DNA of 63,282 bases, filler included, from Acidimicrobiia bacterium (GCA_041619515.1; 3 parts of 3 records of this genome joined end to end with filler, not necessarily neighbours in it), one strand, 5' to 3'; shown: positions 49,599 through 59,276, counted from the first letter of the whole stretch. Translations and numbers: made by a program. Notes: generated by a model not told the origin, from the letters alone.

Positions 49599-50271
49599 CG
49601 GCGAACTTGTACCCCACGCCGTACACGGTCAGCAGCAGCTCGGGCCGGCGGGGATTGGGCTCGATCTTTCGCCGGATGTTCTTCACGTGCGCATCCACCG
49701 AGCGCTCATAGCTCTCGAAGGACACGCCGTGCAGGGCGTCGAGCAGCTGGGCGCGTGTGTAGATCCGCCCCGGGTGGCGCGCCAGCGTCAACAGGAGCTG
49801 GAACTCGGTGGCCGTCAGTTCGACCTCTTCGGAGCCGACGGTCACCCTCATCTTGGGAATGTCGATGGTGATGGGGCCGGCCCGGACCACCTCGCCCCCA
49901 CCGAGGGTGGCATCGGCACGGCGCAGGACCGCCCGGATGCGAGCCACCAGCTCCTTGGGGCTGAACGGTTTGACGATGTAGTCGTCTGCTCCCAGCTCGA
50001 GGCCCACGATGCGATCCGACTCCTCACTGCGGGCGGTGAGCATGATGATGGGAACCGACGACGTTGCGCGCAGCCGCCGCGTGACGTCGAGCCCGTCGAC
50101 TTCGGGAAGCCCGAGGTCCAGGACAATCATGTCGGGCTGCTCAGATCTTGCCAGGGACAACGCCGCGGCGCCATCGGCGGCCTCGAGCACGGCGAAGCCC
50201 GCCTGATGCAGGTAGTCACGCACCAGGCGGGCAATCTTCAGTTCGTCTTCAACGACGAGAACCGTCTTCAT
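49591..50271 (-). CDS. OmpR/PhoB family response regulator
   Basis: VLVVEDE, LDLGLP, GADDYIVKPF, LTATEF, VDAHVKNIRRK, TVYGVGY. Confidence 0.95.
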   Translation of the reverse strand: MKTVLVVEDELKIARLVRDYLHQAGFAVLEAADGAAALSLARSEQPDMIVLDLGLPEVDGLDVTRRLRATSSVPIIMLTARSEESDRIVGLELGADDYIVKPFSPKELVARIRAVLRRADATLGGGEVVRAGPITIDIPKMRVTVGSEEVELTATEFQLLLTLARHPGRIYTRAQLLDALHGVSFESYERSVDAHVKNIRRKIEPNPRRPELLLTVYGVGYKFADA

Positions 50272-50275
50272 CGGG

Positions 50276-50620
50276 TCATTCTGGCTCGATGTCACCGAGG
50301 TCGGCGACCCAACCGTCGACCTCTTCCCGAGCGTGGGCCATGCGATGCCACTCTTCGAATCGCTCCTCGCGCTCGGCGGGCGGCTGCTCGGGACGGGGCC
50401 GGGATCGGCCCACCCACCCGGGATAGTCCCGATTCCAGGAGGGTCGCCTTCCGACAAACCGGCGCCCGACGAACCCGAACAGCATGAGGAAGAACGCCAG
50501 TTTCACCAGCAGAATCGGCAGCAGGAAGAGGGCGCCAAGGCCGACCATCCCGCCTCCGAACAGCGACCCGACTCCGATCATCGCCAGGACGATGACTGCC
50601 ACCACGAACACCAAGAACAT
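50276..50620 (-). CDS. Small membrane protein upstream of the two-component system
   Basis: Strong SD GAGGAG; two TMs; C-terminal FEEWHRMAH motif. Confidence 0.75.
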   Translation of the reverse strand: MFLVFVVAVIVLAMIGVGSLFGGGMVGLGALFLLPILLVKLAFFLMLFGFVGRRFVGRRPSWNRDYPGWVGRSRPRPEQPPAEREERFEEWHRMAHAREEVDGWVADLGDIEPE

Positions 50621-50650
50621 TGTCTCTCCTCTCTCGAATGCCCACACGAT

Positions 50651-50688
50651 GTCAGCCGATTGTGGAGAACTCGTGAAGGGCGTGAGGA
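50651..50688 (-). promoter_or_regulatory. Phased direct repeats, candidate OmpR-family boxes
   Basis: Minus strand CCTCAC, CTTCAC, CTCCAC, GCTGAC with 9-11-11 nt spacing upstream of the small gene-RR-HK unit. Confidence 0.45.
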
Positions 50689-50763
50689 GATCCCGGGACG
50701 CGCCAAGCGCGACCCCATCTCTCCCCCCGCAGGGAGAGCCCGGCGCCGGCTAGGCCGCCCTCG

Positions 50764-51147
50764 TCAGTCGGCCCAGAACTCGTCGAGGCCGTAGGGGTCG
50801 CTGGGGATGGTCCAGGCTTCGGTGACCTTCTCGTCGCTGACGTGGAAGACGAACACCGTGTCACCGCTGAACGTCTTGCCGTCGCGGCTCAGCGAGCTCT
50901 TGATCAGGACGACGACGTGGTCGTCGTCGGCGAGGATCGCGTGCGGTTCGTTGACGATGGTGGCGGCGGAGCTGATGTCGCCCATCATTCCCAAGATGGT
51001 GCCCGTACCGGTGTACTCACCGCTCCACTTGTTGCGTCCGCCGCCGTGCCAGGTGGCATTGTCGGCGAACAGGCCCTCCATGGCGGCCATGTCCCCCTCG
51101 GCGAAAGCCTGGAAGCCGCGCATGACTACTTGTGCATTCGGATGCAT
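50764..51147 (-). CDS. SnoaL/NTF2-like protein
   Basis: GFQAFAEGD...FADNATWH...SGEYTG...ADDDHVV...VFHV...VTEAW...DEFW; SD GGAGG. Confidence 0.87.
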   Translation of the reverse strand: MHPNAQVVMRGFQAFAEGDMAAMEGLFADNATWHGGGRNKWSGEYTGTGTILGMMGDISSAATIVNEPHAILADDDHVVVLIKSSLSRDGKTFSGDTVFVFHVSDEKVTEAWTIPSDPYGLDEFWAD

Positions 51148-51268
51148 ACCGGGTCCTCCTTCCGGTCACAGGCCGCCGGAGCCGACCTTTCTAGGCAATC
51201 TACGCTCCGGTCCCTGCGCGTGCTCGGGTTGGCGCCCGCCCGTCGCCGATCGCGTGGCAGGTGCAGCG

Positions 51269-51793
51269 TTACCGGCGCTCAAACAGCCGCCGGCGCCATG
51301 AGCGCTTCTCCCACGGCAGGAGCCGCCGGTACGGGTCCATGACATTGCGGCTGAGCACGGCAAAGAACCTGATGAGGGTGGCGAAGGACACGAAGAGCAC
51401 CACCGGCAGAGCCAGCACCCACAGCTCCCGTGCGATCAGGCCGGCACCTATCCATCCGGCGATGGTCAGCACGAAGGTGAGTGCCAGCCGAATGAGATCG
51501 CGCCGGCGGATCGCCTGGCGACGATGGTCCTCGGCGATGCGAAACGCCGCCTTGCGGCTGCCGTTGAACGCGATCACCGCAGCCCGGAACGTTATCTCCC
51601 AGTTGCCGGGCTCGACGAGCCGAATGCGGTAGCCGTCGGCCTGGTACTCACCGTCGCTGATGTCCCAGTTGAGAACCGAGCCGGCCCGCCTCATCGCCAG
51701 CTCGGCGGCGACATCGGAGTCGGCCAGATCGGCTGGGTCCGGCACCGGATTGGCGCGGCCCAGCCTGTCCAAGAGCTGATTGGTGCGACTCAT
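51269..51793 (-). CDS. Hypothetical membrane protein, candidate anti-sigma partner
   Basis: ATGA-coupled to the ECF sigma; N-terminal LLDRLGRANPVP; two C-terminal TMs. Confidence 0.6.
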   Translation of the reverse strand: MSRTNQLLDRLGRANPVPDPADLADSDVAAELAMRRAGSVLNWDISDGEYQADGYRIRLVEPGNWEITFRAAVIAFNGSRKAAFRIAEDHRRQAIRRRDLIRLALTFVLTIAGWIGAGLIARELWVLALPVVLFVSFATLIRFFAVLSRNVMDPYRRLLPWEKRSWRRRLFERR

Positions 51794-52335
51794 TGCCTGG
51801 CTCCTTCTGTGGATTTGTCGAGCTCGTTGCCCAGCCGGGCCACAGCACGTTGCACCCGCTGGTCGACGGCATGGCGTGAGCAGCCGAGGATCTCGGCGAT
51901 GTCGGTGCGCGACAGCTTCTCCCATGCGGCCAGCCGGAGGATCTCCTGGTCGGCATCGCGCAGCCGGCTGAGGGCGCCGGTCACCAGTTCCTCTTCGGAC
52001 ATGCGGAGAACCTCGGTGTCGGGTTGTTCGGGCCGGTCGGCCGGCTGGCGCGCCAGGAGGGCACGGAGCCGGCGGGCCCGACGGCGGCTCCTCGCCTGGT
52101 TGCGGGCGACGTTTCGGCACACGCCGTAGATCCAACGAACGGCGTCGTCGCCTTCCGGTACGTCGTCGAAGCGCCGCCACGTGACCGTGAATGCTTCGGC
52201 GGCGCAGTCGATGGCCGTCTCGCGGTCGAAGCGGCGGAGAAAGTAAGCGAGGACGCGGGGATGGTGCTCCCGGTAGAGGGAGCTGAACGTCACATCGGCA
52301 ATCGTTACTTCGCTCACGGCTGTGGTGCGAGTCAT
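51790..52335 (-). CDS. ECF RNA polymerase sigma factor
   Basis: FSSLYREH..VLAY..RR...EAFTVTWRR...WIYGVCRN (region 2); LRDADQEILRLAAWEKLS..DIAEILG (region 4). Confidence 0.9.
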   Translation of the reverse strand: MTRTTAVSEVTIADVTFSSLYREHHPRVLAYFLRRFDRETAIDCAAEAFTVTWRRFDDVPEGDDAVRWIYGVCRNVARNQARSRRRARRLRALLARQPADRPEQPDTEVLRMSEEELVTGALSRLRDADQEILRLAAWEKLSRTDIAEILGCSRHAVDQRVQRAVARLGNELDKSTEGARQ

Positions 52336-52431
52336 ACCCCTATATGTCCGGCACCCTCATTTGCTCTCAGCGCGGTCCTGGTACCCAGCTATTCAACACG
52401 CCTGGTTGGGTCCGGGGGTCACGCCGGGCAT

Positions 52432-53352
52432 CTACCCGTTCGTCGGAATCGTCCCGATCAACATGCCCGCACCGTCGACCACGGGAACCGACCCCCCGTC
52501 GAGGAATTCGGACAGCTCGTGTACGACTTCGAGCGGCTCGCCGGCATTCACGGCGATGGGGGACTCCATCACCTCGCCCAGTTCCACGGCGTCCGGCACC
52601 CCGGCCAGTGACGCCAGCCGCACGATCCCGACCAGCCTGCCTGCGTCTGCCACCGGTATCACCGGCTGGGCGTACAGGCGCCGGGCCTCCCCTGCTGCAA
52701 GGTGAAGGCCGGCTCCGGCGCCGACGGCGTCGTCGGCCGCCTGAAAGCACCGGCGCGGGGCACTGCGAACGACCAGCGCTCCCCCCGGGGCCGACACCTT
52801 CAAACGATGTCCGGGGCCGAAGAGCTGTCGCTGCAGCCATGAGCCACCGGGCGAGCCCAGTACGAGCAAGGTGGTGCTGGAGAGGAGTTCGAGAAGGGAG
52901 GCAGCCGAGGACGCCTGTACGGCTCGCTGTTCGAGTGCAGGATGAGACTGAGCGAAGCGAGCCAGTCGCCGCAGTGCCATCGGATGCTCCGCCTCGTTCC
53001 GATAGACCGTGGCGAGCTCGGCCGGAAGCCCGAGATTCAGAGCCGTCCGGGCGGCTACCGTCGCCGCGAACTCAGAATGGGGACCGTCGGCTACGGCGGC
53101 AACTACCCCGGTCAGGTGCTCCAAATCAACGCCACTGGGCACCACTACCGGCACCAGGTCGAAGCTGGTGAACCGCCGCGCCACCAGCACATCGATCTTG
53201 GCGCTGATGCAAAAACCGGCGAGATCGGGCTCGACCGGCAGGGGCGGGCCGTCGCTCAGCACTTCGGATAGCGGCCGGCAGGTGCGGCCACGCGTCCAGG
53301 CGACCCGCCACGGAGTGTCGGTTCGGCGCCCGGCCGGTGTGCCCACCGCCAT
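52432..53352 (-). CDS. USP-like + CBS domain-containing protein
   Basis: VVAAVADGPHS...LLVLG (USP-like); IPVADAGRLVGIV and VPVVDGAGMLIGTI (CBS pair); start uncertain. Confidence 0.7.
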   Translation of the reverse strand: MAVGTPAGRRTDTPWRVAWTRGRTCRPLSEVLSDGPPLPVEPDLAGFCISAKIDVLVARRFTSFDLVPVVVPSGVDLEHLTGVVAAVADGPHSEFAATVAARTALNLGLPAELATVYRNEAEHPMALRRLARFAQSHPALEQRAVQASSAASLLELLSSTTLLVLGSPGGSWLQRQLFGPGHRLKVSAPGGALVVRSAPRRCFQAADDAVGAGAGLHLAAGEARRLYAQPVIPVADAGRLVGIVRLASLAGVPDAVELGEVMESPIAVNAGEPLEVVHELSEFLDGGSVPVVDGAGMLIGTIPTNG

Positions 53353-53364
53353 CAGGTGGTCTTC

Positions 53365-53550
53365 CTATCGCTGCGGATGATCTTCCGCCCGGCTGGTGCC
53401 GTCGGCGTGCCGTCCGGCCGGTGCATCCGGCGGGCCGTCCGCCTCTGGCACAAGGCGGAAGAGACGCTCCGGATTGAGCAGCTCGACGGTATCGCACGTG
53501 GTCAGATCAAGCGGTATGTCGCGAGCAGGGGCGATGGACAGCAGCGTCAT
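53365..53550 (-). CDS. Small hypothetical protein (61 aa)
   Basis: Strong SD GAGGAGG; first ORF after an AT-rich palindromic promoter region; same frame as the downstream CBS gene. Confidence 0.5.
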   Translation of the reverse strand: MTLLSIAPARDIPLDLTTCDTVELLNPERLFRLVPEADGPPDAPAGRHADGTSRAEDHPQR

Positions 53551-53587
53551 GGTTCCCTCCTCGAGCCGAGGGCGGTTCGAGTTGATA

Positions 53588-53605
53588 TACGATAACTGTA
53601 TCGTG
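53588..53605. promoter_or_regulatory. Palindrome tACG-N10-CGTg (TACGATAACTGTATCGTG), candidate operator
   Basis: AT-rich island; ACGATA-N4-TATCGT; same frame motif recurs at 53919-53936. Confidence 0.55.
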
Positions 53606-53619
53606 TTTTATCTATCGTG

Positions 53620-53907
53620 TCAAGGCAGACTGTTGCCCTTGACGAGCACCCGCAGCATCGCCCCGATCTCGAGATGGTCCTCGAGCGGATGCCGGAGTGG
53701 CATTTCGGCGTGGACGCGATAGCGATTGCGGCGCCCCACCTTCTCGTGAGACAGGTAGCCCTCGGCTTCGAGCTCGGCCACAATGCGCTGGGCAGCGCGC
53801 TCGGTGATACCCACCCGGGCCGCCACCTCCCGCAGCCGCACGTTGGGGTCTTCAGCAATACAGAGCAGCACATGCGAGTGGTTGGTGAGGAATGTCCAAT
53901 GGCTCAT
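53620..53907 (-). CDS. Small winged-helix transcriptional regulator (WTFLTNH-type)
   Basis: WTFLTNHSHVL...RLREVA..VGITERAAQRIVAELEAEGY...GRRNRY...LRHP; TATGAT 7 nt before ATG. Confidence 0.88.
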   Translation of the reverse strand: MSHWTFLTNHSHVLLCIAEDPNVRLREVAARVGITERAAQRIVAELEAEGYLSHEKVGRRNRYRVHAEMPLRHPLEDHLEIGAMLRVLVKGNSLP

Positions 53908-53918
53908 GTCGACCATCA

Positions 53919-53936
53919 TACGTCGCTCATTACGTG
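53919..53936. promoter_or_regulatory. Second tACG-N10-CGTg site overlapping the regulator's -10 element
   Basis: TACGTCGCTCATTACGTG overlapping the minus-strand TATGAT (53915-53920). Confidence 0.5.
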
Positions 53937-53948
53937 ATTTCTATGACA

Positions 53949-54806
53949 TCAACTCGTCGAAGATTCCGTGCGGCTCCCGGATCCGAACATGTCAGCGATG
54001 TGATCCTCCATCCGCTTGACCTCGCCAACCACTCGAGCAGGGTCGTCGGTGTTGAGCACATGGATATAGAGGTGGTGGTCGTGCAGCTCGAGGGCAACGG
54101 TTCCGGGCGTGAACGAGATCGAGTTCATGAGCAACGTCACCTCGTTCCGGGTTCGCACCCGAAGTGGGATCTCCACTACCGCCGGCGCCAGCTCTGACGG
54201 TGCCAGTCGCAAGGCCCAGATCACATCCCACGTCGAGACCGCCAGCTGGACGACGAAGTACCGGATGAAACGCACCACTGCGATGGGATGCAGCAACAGG
54301 CGCGGCCACTTCGGCGCCAGGCGTCGGAACACGAACGCAACGATGCCGGCCACCAGGAGGCCGCCGGCAATCACGTTGGGGGCCAGGGAGCCAAACGCTG
54401 CCATCCATACGAGGAACAGCCACAGCGCCAGCAGCCGGCTGGTCCCCTTCCCGGAGGGCGTCGAGGTGGGCGCGGACATCGGCAGCTCCGACCTCAGCTC
54501 CCGGGTATCGGGGGAGAGCGGCGTCTCCGCGTCGTGGTAGGCGGCCCGGGCCAAGAGGCTTATCCCGAGAGGACCGGAGAGGAATAGCAGCGCCACCACC
54601 AGGAGGAGCACCAGCACCCCGCCGGCGGCACCGACCTCCAGTGCCGCCGCCGTCGTCGTTCCGATCACGCCGACGGTGGTTGCCTTGGTGGCGGCGTGCA
54701 TGCGTGTGAGCACGTCGGGGAACCGGATGAGGCCAAACGCTCCCAGCACGATGAGAAGCGAGCCTCCCAGGATGGCCACCGCCGCCGCCGCCTCGAACAC
54801 CGTCAT
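53949..54806 (-). CDS. Mrp/Mnh antiporter MrpG-MrpE fusion protein
   Basis: N-half GLIRFPDVLTRMHAATKATT...LARAAY (MrpG); C-half PAVVEIPL...LLMNSISFTPGT...LYIHVL (MrpE); one uninterrupted frame. Confidence 0.88.
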   Translation of the reverse strand: MTVFEAAAAVAILGGSLLIVLGAFGLIRFPDVLTRMHAATKATTVGVIGTTTAAALEVGAAGGVLVLLLVVALLFLSGPLGISLLARAAYHDAETPLSPDTRELRSELPMSAPTSTPSGKGTSRLLALWLFLVWMAAFGSLAPNVIAGGLLVAGIVAFVFRRLAPKWPRLLLHPIAVVRFIRYFVVQLAVSTWDVIWALRLAPSELAPAVVEIPLRVRTRNEVTLLMNSISFTPGTVALELHDHHLYIHVLNTDDPARVVGEVKRMEDHIADMFGSGSRTESSTS

Positions 54807-55066
54807 TCTTCGCTCCTTGCCTCGATGTAGCGGGCGACGATGACGGTGGAGACGAAAGCGGTGAGGACCGCAGCCACGAGCAGCGAGATGTAGGTCGTGT
54901 CGCCGGTGCGCACAATGAACACGCCGAGACCGGCAACCCCGACGAACAACAAGGTGTCGAGAGCCACCATGCGGTCGGCGACCGACGGACCGCGCACCAC
55001 TCGAACAATCGAAGCCAGCGAGGCGATCGCCAGCAGTGCGGCGGCGACGTTCGTGACCGCGATCAT
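54803..55066 (-). CDS. mrpF: Mrp antiporter subunit F
   Basis: RVVRGPSVADRMVALD...AFVSTVIVARYI; ATGA overlaps on both sides. Confidence 0.9.
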   Translation of the reverse strand: MIAVTNVAAALLAIASLASIVRVVRGPSVADRMVALDTLLFVGVAGLGVFIVRTGDTTYISLLVAAVLTAFVSTVIVARYIEARSEE

Positions 55067-56535
55067 CCCGCCGCTCCCAGCACCATTGCCCGGTAGGTGC
55101 CCTCCTCCAGCAGATCGACGGCGGCGAGCTCGGCGTAGTCGAGCAGCGGCTGGGCGGCCACGGCAATCACCAGGCTGGCCAACACCAGCCCGGCCGTCCC
55201 TGCCACCATGCCAAAGCGGCTGCGAGGCGGAGCACCCTCGCCGGGCTTTCCCCAGAAGACCCCCGCCCAGATCTTGGTCATGGAGAACAGTGTGAGGAGG
55301 CTGGCGGCCAGCGACACCGCCACCACCGCCCACCGACCGGCGTCGAAGCCGGCGGTCACCAGCGCCAGCTTGCCGACAAAACCCGAGAACGGCGGGAATC
55401 CGGCCAGGCTGAGAGCCGCCGGCAAGAACAGCAGTGCGATGATCGGCGACCGCTTGGCCACCCCGCCGACCTCGTCGATGGCGCCCGTGCCCTCGGTGTG
55501 CTCGACGAGTCCCCCGGCGAGGAAGAGCGAGGCCTTCACGATGATTTGATGGACGATGAAGACGATGGCGGCGGCCACCCCCGCCACCGTGAAGAACCCC
55601 AGGCCCATGATCATGTAGCCAATCTGGCTGACGATGTGAAACGACAGGATGCGCTTGACGTCTTTTTGGGCGATGGCCCCCAGCACCCCCACCACCATCG
55701 TGAACCCGGCAACGATCAGCATCAAGGTGACCGGCTCGTCTCGCGGGAAGAGCAGCGTTTGGGTACGCACTATTGCGTAGACCCCGATCTTGGTGAGGAG
55801 GCCGGCGAACAGGGCCGTGACCGGGGTCGGGGCCACCGGGTAGGAATCGGGCAGCCAGAAGAACAGCGGGAAGATGGCGGCCTTGATCCCGAACACCATG
55901 AAGAGCAGCCACCCGAGGCCCGTCCGGAACCCCTCGGGTACTTCGCCGAGCTTCACACTGAGATCTGCGATGTTGACGGTGCCGGTCACCGAGTAGGTCA
56001 GGGCGATGGCGGTCAGCAGCAGAGCCGAAGCCACCAGCCCGATCACCACGTACGTGATGGTGGAACGAGTCTCGGCGCCTCCCGCCCGGTAGGTGAGCAA
56101 CACGTAGCTGGCGGTCAGCATGATCTCGAAGGCCACGAACAGCGTGAACAGGTCGCCGGTGAGCAACGACAGCGCCACGCCGGCCGACAGCATCTGGTAC
56201 ACCGCGTGGAAGCCGGGAAACTCGGTATCGGCCCCGGGCTGGGAAACGGCGTAGACCAGGACGGCAAACAGCGCCGTGGCCGCCGAGGCCAGCAGGAGGA
56301 CGGCCAGACGGTCGGCAACCAGCGGAATGCCGAGCGGCGGGGACCAGCCTCCCTGAGCGGCGACAATCGGCCCCGACGCATCGACGGCGAAGAGCAGCCA
56401 CAGCGCCACCACCAGGTACGCGAACGAGGCACCCAGCCCCACGACACGCCGCAACGCCGGGTGGCGGATCCCCACCAGGGCGAGGGCGGCGGCGGCGATC
56501 GGAATGGCAACCGGGAGGGTGGCGAGGATCTTCAT
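55063..56535 (-). CDS. mrpD: Mrp antiporter subunit D
   Basis: GGWSPPLGI.LVADRL, TGDLFTLFVAFEIML, IKAAIFPLFFWLPDSY, LLTKIGVY, AGFPPFSGF.GK. Confidence 0.93.
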   Translation of the reverse strand: MKILATLPVAIPIAAAALALVGIRHPALRRVVGLGASFAYLVVALWLLFAVDASGPIVAAQGGWSPPLGIPLVADRLAVLLLASAATALFAVLVYAVSQPGADTEFPGFHAVYQMLSAGVALSLLTGDLFTLFVAFEIMLTASYVLLTYRAGGAETRSTITYVVIGLVASALLLTAIALTYSVTGTVNIADLSVKLGEVPEGFRTGLGWLLFMVFGIKAAIFPLFFWLPDSYPVAPTPVTALFAGLLTKIGVYAIVRTQTLLFPRDEPVTLMLIVAGFTMVVGVLGAIAQKDVKRILSFHIVSQIGYMIMGLGFFTVAGVAAAIVFIVHQIIVKASLFLAGGLVEHTEGTGAIDEVGGVAKRSPIIALLFLPAALSLAGFPPFSGFVGKLALVTAGFDAGRWAVVAVSLAASLLTLFSMTKIWAGVFWGKPGEGAPPRSRFGMVAGTAGLVLASLVIAVAAQPLLDYAELAAVDLLEEGTYRAMVLGAAG

Positions 56536-56888
56536 GCCGCGCCCTTCCCGGCGATACGACGGTCTTCCACGTCGTCCTCGACCTCGTCGATGCCGTTGTG
56601 GGTCCAGGAGCGATACGCCAGAGTGAGCAGATAGGCGGTGATGCCGAAGGTGATCACGATTGCAGTGAGCACCAGAGCTTGTTCGAGCGAGTCCGACAAC
56701 GGCCCGGTGCCCTTTCCGTCCAGCACGGGTGGCCGACCCGGCTCGCCCCCGGACCCCAGCAGTATCAGATTGGCGCCGTGGGCGATGAGACCGAGACCGA
56801 CGATGATGCGGCTCAGCAGCTTCTGCAGCAACAGGTAGGTTCCCGTCGCGAACAGCACACCGGCGGCCACTGCGATCACCCAGCTCAC
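56532..56888 (-). CDS. mrpC: Mrp antiporter subunit C
   Basis: YLLLQK.L.RIIVGL.LIAHGANL...QALVLTAIVITFG; GTGA overlap. Confidence 0.92.
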   Translation of the reverse strand: MSWVIAVAAGVLFATGTYLLLQKLLSRIIVGLGLIAHGANLILLGSGGEPGRPPVLDGKGTGPLSDSLEQALVLTAIVITFGITAYLLTLAYRSWTHNGIDEVEDDVEDRRIAGKGAA

Positions 56889-57313
56889 GGCGCCTCTCCT
56901 CCCAGCCGCTGCAGGGCGGTCTCCACGATCCCGATCACGAGGATGTAGACGCCCAGATCGAACAGCAGCAGGCTGGAAACCTTGATCTCTCCGATGACGG
57001 GGCTCGCGAAGGATGCGAACGTGTAGGCGAGAAATGCGCTCTCGAAGATCATGCCGAGCAGGCCGGCAAGCACCGCCAGTCCCAGTCCCGTGCCGATCAC
57101 CACCTCCGGCTCCACAGGGAGGGCCCTTCGCAGGCCTCGCTCCCCGAAGGCCAGGAACATGAGCAACAGGGCGGTTGCGCCCAGCAGGCCACCGGCGAAG
57201 CCCCCTCCGGGGACATCGTGACCCACCACCAGCAGGAAGAGGGACAAGAGCAGCAGGGTCGGCACCATGGTCCGGGCCCCTGTTGCGAGGAGCAGGGAAA
57301 ACTGGATCCTCAT
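56885..57313 (-). CDS. mrpB: Mrp antiporter subunit B
   Basis: GHDVPGGGFAGG, LLFDLGVY. Confidence 0.92.
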   Translation of the reverse strand: MRIQFSLLLATGARTMVPTLLLLSLFLLVVGHDVPGGGFAGGLLGATALLLMFLAFGERGLRRALPVEPEVVIGTGLGLAVLAGLLGMIFESAFLAYTFASFASPVIGEIKVSSLLLFDLGVYILVIGIVETALQRLGGEAP

Positions 57314-59276
57314 CGGGCTCGCTCCCCTGCCGGGCGCCGCGCCCGGCGCACGAGCGCGCTGATCCCGACGGCGGCAGCCGCCAGCACCGTGATCTCACCG
57401 AGGGTGTCGATCGCCCGGAAGTTGGTGAGGATCACGTTCACGACGTTCTTGCCGCCCGCCTCCGGCGCTCGGGCGGCGTAGCGGTCGGCAATCGTGCGGT
57501 CGTGTTCCACCGTCGAGGCCAGGACTGCTGCCGTCGTCACGAACAACCCGACGAAGACAGCGATCGCCACCCGCGCCCGATGCGACAGCGAGCGCGGACC
57601 CGGGCCGAAGCGACGCGGCAACTTGACCAGCACCAGAGCAAAGAGGGCGATGGTGAGGGTCTCGATGAGCACCTGGGTCAGCGCCAGGTCGGGAGCGCTG
57701 AACACGACGTAGATCCCGGCCACGGAGTAGCCGACCAGTCCCAGCAGGAGGGCGGCCGCCATCCGACGCTGGGCGGCGGCAGCGGCCACCCCTCCGGCGG
57801 CCACCGCAACGGCCAGCACCACCTCGGCCGGGCCGTTGGTGATCTGCAGGGAGGGGGCCTCGCGTACTGATGTCAGCCACACCACTGCCGGGACGACGAG
57901 CACCGCCGTCAAGATCACAGCCAGGTACGTGGGAAGGGAGCCGCTTTGCACGGTCCCCGTCACCCGATCGGCTACCCGGTTGAGCCCCCGCAGTGCCGCC
58001 GCGTAGGCTCGCTCCCCCCCGGACCGCCGCTCCGCTCGGAAGCCGGTGTGCCGCTCCCATCGGGAATAGGCCACATACAGGCCGCTCCCGGCGGTCAGGA
58101 TGGCGGTTGATACGCCCAGCGCCGTCGTGAAGCCCGGCCACAGCACCAGCTTCACCTTCTCTCCTACCGCGTCGAAGGTGACGGCCTCCAGCCAGGCAGG
58201 CCACAACCCGAAGAGCATCGTCAGCCCCGCCAGCACCGCCGGTCCCAGCCATAGCCCGGGCCGAACCTGCCCGGCGTCGGAGCTCTCCATCCCCGGTTTG
58301 GCGGCAAACGCTCCGAGCCAGAATCGGGCCGTGTACACGACGGTCAGGGCGGAGGCCGCGGCAATGATGACGAGCGCCATCCACTCCGCGCCGTCGACCA
58401 GCCGGTCCAGGGCGCCCTCCTTGGTCACAAATCCCAGCGTCGGAGGAGCCCCCGCCATCGAGATGGCGGCCGCCGCTGCCGTCGCCGCCAGCCCAGGCAG
58501 CCGCCGGCCTAGTCCAGAGAGTCGGCGGATATCGCGAGTGCCGGTGGCGTGGTCGATGGCTCCAACTACGAGGAAAAGCGTCGCCTTGAAGAGGGCGTGT
58601 GCCAGCAGCATCGCCACCGTTGCCGCGGTGTGTCCCAGCCCAACCAGGGCGACCATGAGCCCGAGCTGGCTCACGGTCCCGTGGGCGAGCAGCAGCTTGA
58701 GGTCGGTGCGCGAGATCGCCGCCACCGCCCCCACCACCATCGTGGCCAGCCCCACCGAGGTGACGACAACGGTCCACAGCGGGTCGGCGGCGAAACCGGG
58801 GGCCAGGAAGACGAGCAGCACGATTCCCGCCTTGACCATCGTGGCGGAATGGAGATAGGCCGAGGCAGGAGTGGGCGCGGCCATCGCCCCGGGAAGCCAG
58901 AAGTGGAAGGGAATCTGGGCCGACTTGGTGAACGCGCCCAGAAATACCAGCCCCAGCCCCACGTCGACCGACGTTCCGGTCGGGGGGTCGGCCACCAACT
59001 CCGAGATCGAGCTCGTACCGGCGGCGAGAGCCAGCAGCACGAAACCGCCCAGCATCGCCAGCCCTCCGGCAGTAGTCACCAGCACCGCCTGCAGCCCGGC
59101 GGCCCGTGCAGACGCGTCCTCGTGGTTGAACCCGATGAGCAGGTAGGAGGCCACGGTTGTGATCTCCCAGAACACAAACAATCCGAACAGGTCATCGGAG
59201 GCGACGATGCCGGCCATGCCGCCGGAGAACACGAGCATGAGAGCGAGGAAACGGGCGCGACGGGCAGGATCGCCGA
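57310..59276 (-). CDS. mrpA: Mrp antiporter subunit A, 5'-truncated by contig end
   Basis: FWEITTVASYLLIG, TKSAQIPFHFWLPGAMAAPTPASAYLHSATMVKAG, APDLALTQ, NVVNVILTNFRAIDTLGE. Confidence 0.93.

Noticed and set aside
53350..53367. In-frame TAG joining the 61-aa ORF to the USP-CBS gene (possible pyrrolysine or read-through)
   Set aside because: An AGGAAG SD-like sequence precedes the downstream ATG, no conserved motif spans the stop, and no pyl genes are present; two genes or a simple nonsense change is more likely.
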